Positions 7,991 through 12,453 of a stretch of 12,453 nucleotides of DNA are shown one piece after another. Numbering within the stretch: the first letter of the stretch is position 1; every line of letters begins with the position of its first letter. The position numbers and the translations under genes were made by a program. The DNA is from a virus (lineage: Duplodnaviria; Heunggongvirae; Uroviricota; Caudoviricetes): the IMG/VR virus record IMGVR_UViG_2548876944_000018; one strand, 5' to 3'. The notes beneath the pieces are model-generated. The model searched no databases and was not told the DNA's origin. It saw only the letters and a list, made by a program, of their open reading frames with translations.

Positions 7991-8028
7991 TCCATAAATA
8001 CCCTCATAGAATCTTATGGGGGTATAAC

Positions 8029-8376
8029 ATGGCTAAAAATATTTTCACTGAATTTCCTACTTATCCGGTCGATCAGCTTTCCGGTATTTTTATTAATGGC
8101 ATTAGCCCAGAATCAATGACCTATGATTTTGAGGCGAAGAGAGTTAAACATAAACAATATAAAGAATGTATCCGCGATCATGAAAAAGGGACCGTGTTTT
8201 GTGTCGCTACATTGGCTAAACGTCCTAAATATCGTTTTCGTGTAGGGCAAGAAGTTGATGTGGTTAATCCTTATAGCTTTAACTGTCTGGGCGATGCACG
8301 CGCGGTGTGTGTAGGTACTGCTCCTTATTACATCAAGGGTATGCGCTTTATTGGTTATATCTTCGAAATGATCTAA
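8029..8376 (+). CDS. Hypothetical protein, 115 aa
   Basis: ATG with TGGGGG upstream; the Shine-Dalgarno lies in the 3' arm of a short hairpin (CCCTCATA / TATGGGGG with one G-U pair). No motif was recognised. Confidence 0.65.
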   Translation: MAKNIFTEFPTYPVDQLSGIFINGISPESMTYDFEAKRVKHKQYKECIRDHEKGTVFCVATLAKRPKYRFRVGQEVDVVNPYSFNCLGDARAVCVGTAPYYIKGMRFIGYIFEMI

Positions 8377-8385
8377 GGGGGTAAT

Positions 8386-8739
8386 ATGTTAAGCAAACAT
8401 TTTTCTCGCAAGGAATTTAAATGTAAATGCGGAAAATGTGATTATGATACAATCGACGCTGAATTACTGGTAATTCTTGAGGATGTACGAGAGCACTTCG
8501 GGAAGCCAGTAATTATTAACAGTGGGAACCGTTGTCCGACTCATAATAAGAATGTTGGCGGCGCAACCAATAGCTATCATGTTCGAGGCCGTGCGGCTGA
8601 CATTGTTATCAAGGGTGTCTCACCTGATATTGTTCATGCTTATCTTGATGGGAAATATCCTACTCAATACGGCTTAGGAAAATATAAAACATTTACGCAT
8701 ATCGATTCCAGATCAAAAAAATCACGGTGGAATGGATAA
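8386..8739 (+). CDS. Peptidase M15 family (DD-/LD-peptidase fold) cell-wall hydrolase, probable endolysin, 117 aa
   Basis: AGGGGG Shine-Dalgarno. FSRKEF...INSGNRCPTHNKNVGGATNSYHVRGRAADI matches the conserved SG(Y/N)R...HN...GG...S.H..G.A.D core of small phage M15-type peptidases. A CKCGKC cysteine cluster lies near the N-terminus. Confidence 0.8.
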   Translation: MLSKHFSRKEFKCKCGKCDYDTIDAELLVILEDVREHFGKPVIINSGNRCPTHNKNVGGATNSYHVRGRAADIVIKGVSPDIVHAYLDGKYPTQYGLGKYKTFTHIDSRSKKSRWNG

Positions 8740-8929
8740 AACAAAAGCGCCTCTGGTGGGCGCTTTTTTGTTAGAATATGCTGGCGACGTTAGCTATATT
8801 TCTGACCATTTTTTCATTATAGACAAATATACCGCAGACGATAAAGTCGTTTTTGACGAAGTAGATCCGTCTCTGGTTGAAGTAATGAAAGAACCGGAAG
8901 ACCTAGAGCTTGATTTAAGCCAATTATAG
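8732..8929 (+). CDS. Doubtful small acidic ORF, 65 aa
   Basis: The ATG overlaps the last 8 nt of the M15 gene and the frame reads straight through the terminator hairpin. No properly spaced Shine-Dalgarno is present (GGTGGA ends 1 nt before the ATG). The C-terminus is strongly acidic (EVMKEPEDLELDLSQL). Confidence 0.2.
   Translation: MDKTKAPLVGAFLLEYAGDVSYISDHFFIIDKYTADDKVVFDEVDPSLVEVMKEPEDLELDLSQL
8743..8770 (+). terminator. Rho-independent terminator at the end of the plus-strand block
   Basis: Perfect 9-bp stem AAAAGCGCC (8743-8751) / GGCGCTTTT (8759-8767) with a 7-nt loop, followed by a T6 run. The upstream A tract makes it potentially bidirectional. Confidence 0.8.
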
Positions 8930-8953
8930 ACTCTCTAACGCAATTAAATTAAA

Positions 8954-8975
8954 AAGGGGTACGGATGTACCCCTT
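8954..8975 (-). terminator. Stem-loop terminating the minus-strand block (perfect 9-bp palindrome)
   Basis: AAGGGGTAC (8954-8962), loop GGAT, GTACCCCTT (8967-8975). On the minus strand it is followed by TTTTTAATTTAATT. It lies 37 bp downstream of the last minus-strand gene. Confidence 0.6.
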
Positions 8976-9011
8976 AAAGCGTTTGGTTCGTTATACGGCG
9001 ATTTAGGCCGC

Positions 9012-9269
9012 CTATGATTTATTTTCTTGTTCTATGAAAATCTTTCTCACCTCATCAGAATAAATGTCTAGTGATTCCTCATAACATTTTCTGTATTCAT
9101 CGTAATTACTGGTGGTCTTTTGACATAGCAATTTCAATGTCTTATGTGCTCCATCAATGAAAGCATCTTTTCTATAGGTTAGCGGTCTACGCATTTCTTG
9201 GTCTACGGTTGCCAATGCCAAGCAAGAATTCATAGATAAAATCAAACCTAAAATCTTAATCATCTTCAT
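9012..9269 (-). CDS. Small secreted protein with a signal peptide, about 85 aa
   Basis: The track start at 9284 is TTG. The first ATG (9269) gives MKMIKILGLILSMNSCLALA followed by TVDQ, a typical signal peptide with an A-x-A site. The mature part has two Cys residues. The ATG lies 4 nt after the recombinase stop. The region is AT-rich. Confidence 0.6.
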   Translation of the reverse strand: MKMIKILGLILSMNSCLALATVDQEMRRPLTYRKDAFIDGAHKTLKLLCQKTTSNYDEYRKCYEESLDIYSDEVRKIFIEQENKS

Positions 9270-9273
9270 TAGC

Positions 9274-10953
9274 TTAAATTCCAAATTCTTGTAATGGACC
9301 TGGTATTTCTTCTTCTGGTTTCCAGTTCTTATCTGTCAGCATGTCTAAACATGGATGCAGAACAAGCCCGTTACTCTCCAGAATCTGCCTATCATTGATA
9401 GTCTTCAAATCAACGAAGATCCGGCCTTTCCTCGGTCCTCTTGAATTTTCTATTACAACTCTCTGGGTCTTGCCATCGATGTATTCCAGTACAAACAAGT
9501 TTTTGTACTTGTCAATCCTGCTACACCCGATCCGTTTTAGAGCTTGCTTAATCTTAAACCGGACCTTAATGCGATCCTCGTTGTAAACATCTTCTAAATC
9601 AAATTCTGCGAGCTTCTCCCAGCCTTGAGAGTCAACAGAATACATTTCCTCTTCTGCCATCTTAAGTTGATTGTAGAGTGTTTCACGCTCGCTATTGAGG
9701 GTAGTAATCTGATCGGCTAGCTCCTTCGTTGCTCCTGTCATAGCAGAAAGGGTAATCAGGTTATCAATCTTGCGTGATATTTCATCAATCTGTACTTTCA
9801 AAGCCGGAACCGGATTAGCCTTATCTTCAGCAATCCAGATTTTATCAGCCAGCAATTGCAATACAGCTTTCTCTAATTGGTCGCCGCGAAAACTCCAGTT
9901 TGTATGCACACATTCAATACGACTAGAGCGCATTGCATCGCATGAATAACGATATTGGTTAGGCCGTCTGTTTGTTCCTTTCACCTTAACCATAGCGGAA
10001 CCGCAATGTTCACATTTCAATAGACCAACACCACTAAGCAAGGGAATAGGTTTAGCTTCTTCTTTGTCTCCAAAGTTACATGCTCTAACACCAATGCTTT
10101 TCTTAAGGTGATAAAACTCAGCGTCATCTAGCACACGAGGATAATAATCCTTTAACTCATACTTAACGCCATCTACAGAGATTTCCTTGATACCAATCAA
10201 AGCGCGGGTATGGAACAACCTTTCAATCATTGCCCGTGACCAGTTTGAATGCCTCTTGTGACTTGCGGCTGGTGGTGGTGTGTATGTCGCGTTAAGGTGA
10301 TCCAGTATCTCGGCGGTTGACCGTCCATTCCTGCGTAATTCCACAACTTCCTGAACAATAGGGAAGAAGACCGGATGAGGAAGCACATAACCAGATGTGG
10401 TATCAGTCCACCACATATTCTTTCCAATTTCCTCGATTGCAACAGCCGGATTTTGTGGATTTTCTTGATGAGCTTTAATCTTAATCAGTGCGCTTGAGTT
10501 AGTACGATTGCGCTTAGTCTGGCTTTCCTCATTACCACGGATGAATAAAAGGATGGAGAACATCAGGTCCATCGGGTTAGCGGTAACAGTATCAAGCGAG
10601 TAGATCTTGTTATCCATGCCAGTAACAATGGTTATCCCCCTACGGATGATTGAAAGGAATAACTCCTGCGCACTGACAATATCGGCACGGGATAAACGGT
10701 CCAAGTTTTCGATGAATAGCCAGCTACCAACAGGAACGGATCTACCTATTGCATCAAGGAAACGAGATAGCGCCCCTGTTTTGGAGTTAGCACCCTTAAA
10801 CGCAGATACACCCAGATCCTGATAATCATTTACCAGTTCAAGGTCATACTTTACCGCAATCTCTCTAGCCATCCTGATTTGTCGTTCATAACTCGAACCA
10901 TCATTCTGACGCATAGACGAGAAGCGAATATACGAATACAGTTTAGTTTTCAT
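9274..10953 (-). CDS. Large serine recombinase (serine integrase family), about 559 aa
   Basis: N-terminal resolvase-type catalytic motif YSYIRFSSMRQ...SYERQ with the nucleophile Ser near residue 10. A Cys-rich zinc-ribbon segment (CEHCGSAM...YRYSCDAMRSSRIECVH) and a coiled-coil region (ALKVQIDEISRKIDNLITL...) follow. The track start is TTG at 10968; the ATG at 10953 is preferred. Confidence 0.9.
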   Translation of the reverse strand: MKTKLYSYIRFSSMRQNDGSSYERQIRMAREIAVKYDLELVNDYQDLGVSAFKGANSKTGALSRFLDAIGRSVPVGSWLFIENLDRLSRADIVSAQELFLSIIRRGITIVTGMDNKIYSLDTVTANPMDLMFSILLFIRGNEESQTKRNRTNSSALIKIKAHQENPQNPAVAIEEIGKNMWWTDTTSGYVLPHPVFFPIVQEVVELRRNGRSTAEILDHLNATYTPPPAASHKRHSNWSRAMIERLFHTRALIGIKEISVDGVKYELKDYYPRVLDDAEFYHLKKSIGVRACNFGDKEEAKPIPLLSGVGLLKCEHCGSAMVKVKGTNRRPNQYRYSCDAMRSSRIECVHTNWSFRGDQLEKAVLQLLADKIWIAEDKANPVPALKVQIDEISRKIDNLITLSAMTGATKELADQITTLNSERETLYNQLKMAEEEMYSVDSQGWEKLAEFDLEDVYNEDRIKVRFKIKQALKRIGCSRIDKYKNLFVLEYIDGKTQRVVIENSRGPRKGRIFVDLKTINDRQILESNGLVLHPCLDMLTDKNWKPEEEIPGPLQEFGI

Positions 10954-10960
10954 ACCATTT

Positions 10961-11002
10961 CCAAACAAAAACGCCCCTACCGCGTATTATAACGATAGGG
11001 GC
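10961..11002 (-). terminator. Rho-independent terminator immediately upstream of the recombinase gene, with TATAAT in its loop
   Basis: On the minus strand: GCCCCTA(T)CG, loop TTATAATACG, CG(G)TAGGGGC, then GTTTTTGTTTGG. The T tract ends about 8 nt before the recombinase ATG. Confidence 0.6.
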
Positions 11003-11016
11003 TAGGTGATTAAAGA

Positions 11017-11436
11017 TTAAAGAATTTCACGGCAGCTAATCAGGGAATAAGACGTATCACCTTTTTTAACATCAAATATAGGCGCGCCATCTACAGAATG
11101 CAGATATTTGATGTAGGATTTACCATCTTCGGAACCATAATATTCTTCTTTCTCGTTCTTATCTCCTTTCAGTTTTGGGCTTTTGATTGTTTTATCAAAT
11201 ACCGGATCGTTGAAAGCAAATTGACTATTATCATCATTCACTCGAACCTTTACACCGATAAAACCACGGTATTTGCCAGACGGCGCATGATAATAACGGT
11301 CGCCATCACTCAGGTAGCGTGTATCATCTCCTTTATATTCGAAGTAGGAATTGCACACATAATAGGTATAGGTATTAGCATTCGCAGCACCAACCAAACC
11401 CAGAGCAAGAACAACACCAGCGATAATCTTTTTCAT
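11017..11436 (-). CDS. Secreted (periplasmic) Tyr-rich protein with a signal peptide, 139 aa
   Basis: Strong Shine-Dalgarno (AAGAGGAAA) upstream. The N-terminus MKKIIAGVVLALGLVGAANA followed by NTY is a canonical Sec signal peptide. The mature protein has one Cys near each end. No homolog was recognised. Confidence 0.7.
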   Translation of the reverse strand: MKKIIAGVVLALGLVGAANANTYTYYVCNSYFEYKGDDTRYLSDGDRYYHAPSGKYRGFIGVKVRVNDDNSQFAFNDPVFDKTIKSPKLKGDKNEKEEYYGSEDGKSYIKYLHSVDGAPIFDVKKGDTSYSLISCREIL

Positions 11437-11481
11437 AGTAGAATTTCCTCTTGTTGTTTGAATTACGATATATTTATATCA

Positions 11482-11604
11482 TTAAAAGTTAATGCTAATA
11501 ATCAGACCAAACACAACCGCACCAATCAAATCAATCCAGTTAATACACAGCGAATATTCTTTCTTGAATGTCTTAGATGAAATGCCATCATGAAATTGTT
11601 TCAT
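11482..11604 (-). CDS. Micro-ORF, 40-aa peptide with a C-terminal transmembrane segment (not in the ORF track)
   Basis: My own translation gives MKQFHDGISSKTFKKEYSLCINWIDLIGAVVFGLIISINF. GGGGTGAG lies 5 nt upstream of the ATG, which begins 3 nt after the stop of the preceding micro-ORF. Confidence 0.4.
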   Translation of the reverse strand: MKQFHDGISSKTFKKEYSLCINWIDLIGAVVFGLIISINF

Positions 11605-11607
11605 TGC

Positions 11608-11688
11608 TCACCCCATACTAACGACAATATAAGAAAGACTAATCATGGTTGTGAGACTACCTCCCACGAATGAGATAAAAGCTAACAT
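11608..11688 (-). CDS. Micro-ORF, 26-aa hydrophobic peptide (not in the ORF track)
   Basis: My own translation gives MLAFISFVGGSLTTMISLSYIVVSMG. GGAGA lies about 8 nt upstream. It sits directly after the repeated intergenic stem-loop and directly before the 40-aa ORF. Confidence 0.3.
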   Translation of the reverse strand: MLAFISFVGGSLTTMISLSYIVVSMG

Positions 11689-11704
11689 GTTTGATTCTCC
11701 ATTT

Positions 11705-11740
11705 AAAAAGCGGTGGGAATTACACCCACCAAATTAGAAA
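11705..11740 (-). repeat. Intergenic stem-loop element, copy 1 (terminator-like on the minus strand)
   Basis: Plus-strand CGGTGGG-AATTACA-CCCACC-AAATTAGA. On the minus strand this reads TCTAATTTGGTGGG...CCCACCG followed by CTTTTTAAA. It lies directly after the stop of gene 11745-12131. Confidence 0.55.
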
Positions 11741-11744
11741 TTAA

Positions 11745-12131
11745 TTAAGCGCGAACGATGGTCAGAGTATCCAGCAAACCTTTTTCGTATAATTCGAAAC
11801 ACGTTTTATATTGCTCAATCTTCCAACCGTAGCGGGTGATCTTATTCAGTAGAATAATCACGGTATTCTCATCTAGGTATTGTCCTTGCTTACCAATTAC
11901 ATATGACTCGCGGGATAGTCTCAGCTTACGGAAACCTTTAACACCTAATTCCTTAGCCACCGCTTTAACCTCGTTAATCTCACCTTCTGCGGCTACATAT
12001 TCAGCGTCGATAATCTCAGTTGATGATCTCAGTGCTACCAGAACTAAGGCCATTGCTTCTTCTTCGGTACGAGCAACACCAGCTTTCTCGAAAGTCATCT
12101 CACCAAATTTACGAGTCATAATATTGAACAT
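11745..12131 (-). CDS. Hypothetical protein, 128 aa
   Basis: Clean ORF on the minus strand between the two copies of the stem-loop element. Only a weak Shine-Dalgarno (GGAA) precedes the ATG at 12131. No motif was recognised. Confidence 0.65.
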   Translation of the reverse strand: MFNIMTRKFGEMTFEKAGVARTEEEAMALVLVALRSSTEIIDAEYVAAEGEINEVKAVAKELGVKGFRKLRLSRESYVIGKQGQYLDENTVIILLNKITRYGWKIEQYKTCFELYEKGLLDTLTIVRA

Positions 12132-12150
12132 TGTCGTATTCCGTTTAAAT

Positions 12151-12180
12151 CGGCGGGAATAGTACCCGCCAAATTAGACA
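12151..12180 (-). repeat. Intergenic stem-loop element, copy 2
   Basis: Plus-strand CGGCGGG-AATAGTA-CCCGCC-AAATTAGA. It has the same 6-bp stem and 7-nt loop geometry and the same AAATTAGA flank as copy 1, with a compensatory T:A to C:G change in the stem. It lies directly after the stop of gene 12181-12453. Confidence 0.55.
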
Positions 12181-12453
12181 TTACTTCTTGCTGATAAACT
12201 CTTTAGCGATAAAGTTGATTACTTCTTTCAGCTTCTTGTCTGTATCGATGCACGCTGGTAATTCTTCTTTAATATCCTGCGGCAGATACACATTGCCTTT
12301 AAAGTGGAGGAAACCATCATTACCAATCATGTAGGAGAACATCCATTCACAATCGTTATCCGCTTCCCAGAACGCCACGGTCTCATCCCCAATCAAGGTA
12401 ATGTCCATGTTGCGACGCGCTGCGTAGTTGATGATTGCTTTACCGATGTTCAT
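12181..12453 (-). CDS. Hypothetical protein, 5' end at the window edge (possibly partial)
   Basis: The frame is open to the last base of the window. An ATG sits exactly at 12451-12453, but the true start may lie beyond the window. No motif was recognised. Confidence 0.55.
   Translation of the reverse strand: MNIGKAIINYAARRNMDITLIGDETVAFWEADNDCEWMFSYMIGNDGFLHFKGNVYLPQDIKEELPACIDTDKKLKEVINFIAKEFISKK

Noticed and set aside
8976-9011. Possible tRNA suggested by GGTTCG at about 8986
   Set aside because: There is no acceptor-stem complement, no D-arm or anticodon-arm geometry, and the T-loop consensus is not completed. No tRNA-like cloverleaf could be built anywhere in the window.
10954-10968. 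Track start at 10968 for the recombinase and at 9284 for the small secreted protein
   Set aside because: Both are TTG codons. In-frame ATGs at 10953 and 9269 give the conserved serine recombinase N-terminus and a clean signal peptide respectively.
11098-11580. 160-aa ORF on the plus strand
   Set aside because: It is antisense to the secreted-protein gene, which has a strong Shine-Dalgarno and a signal peptide. Its Ile/Phe-rich low-complexity translation comes from AT-rich sequence, and it has no Shine-Dalgarno.
11705-12180. Possible CRISPR array from the repeated stem-loop
   Set aside because: There are only two copies, about 440 bp apart, with protein-coding genes between them. The repeats are imperfect with a conserved flank. 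This is an intergenic regulatory hairpin, not a repeat-spacer array.

Overview
The window reads as a tailed-phage (siphovirus-like) genome segment, or prophage, with two convergent transcription blocks. The plus-strand block (1-8770) is a lambda-like tail-tip operon: the 3' end of a probable tape measure gene, two minor tail proteins, a GIY-YIG/NUMOD3 homing endonuclease inserted in the operon, a gpK-position protein and a 1248-aa J-like host specificity protein. It continues with a cluster of small membrane and unknown proteins and a peptidase M15 (endolysin-type) gene closed by a strong terminator. The minus-strand block (12453 down to 9012) carries a large serine recombinase flanked by two small secreted proteins, two unlisted micro-ORFs encoding membrane peptides, and a twice-repeated intergenic stem-loop with a compensatory base-pair change. 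No tRNA, rRNA or CRISPR array was seen. All functional calls rest on motif recognition by eye and recalled family sequences; nothing was searched against a database. Several track ORFs begin with TTG rather than ATG, so starts were re-picked from the sequence.
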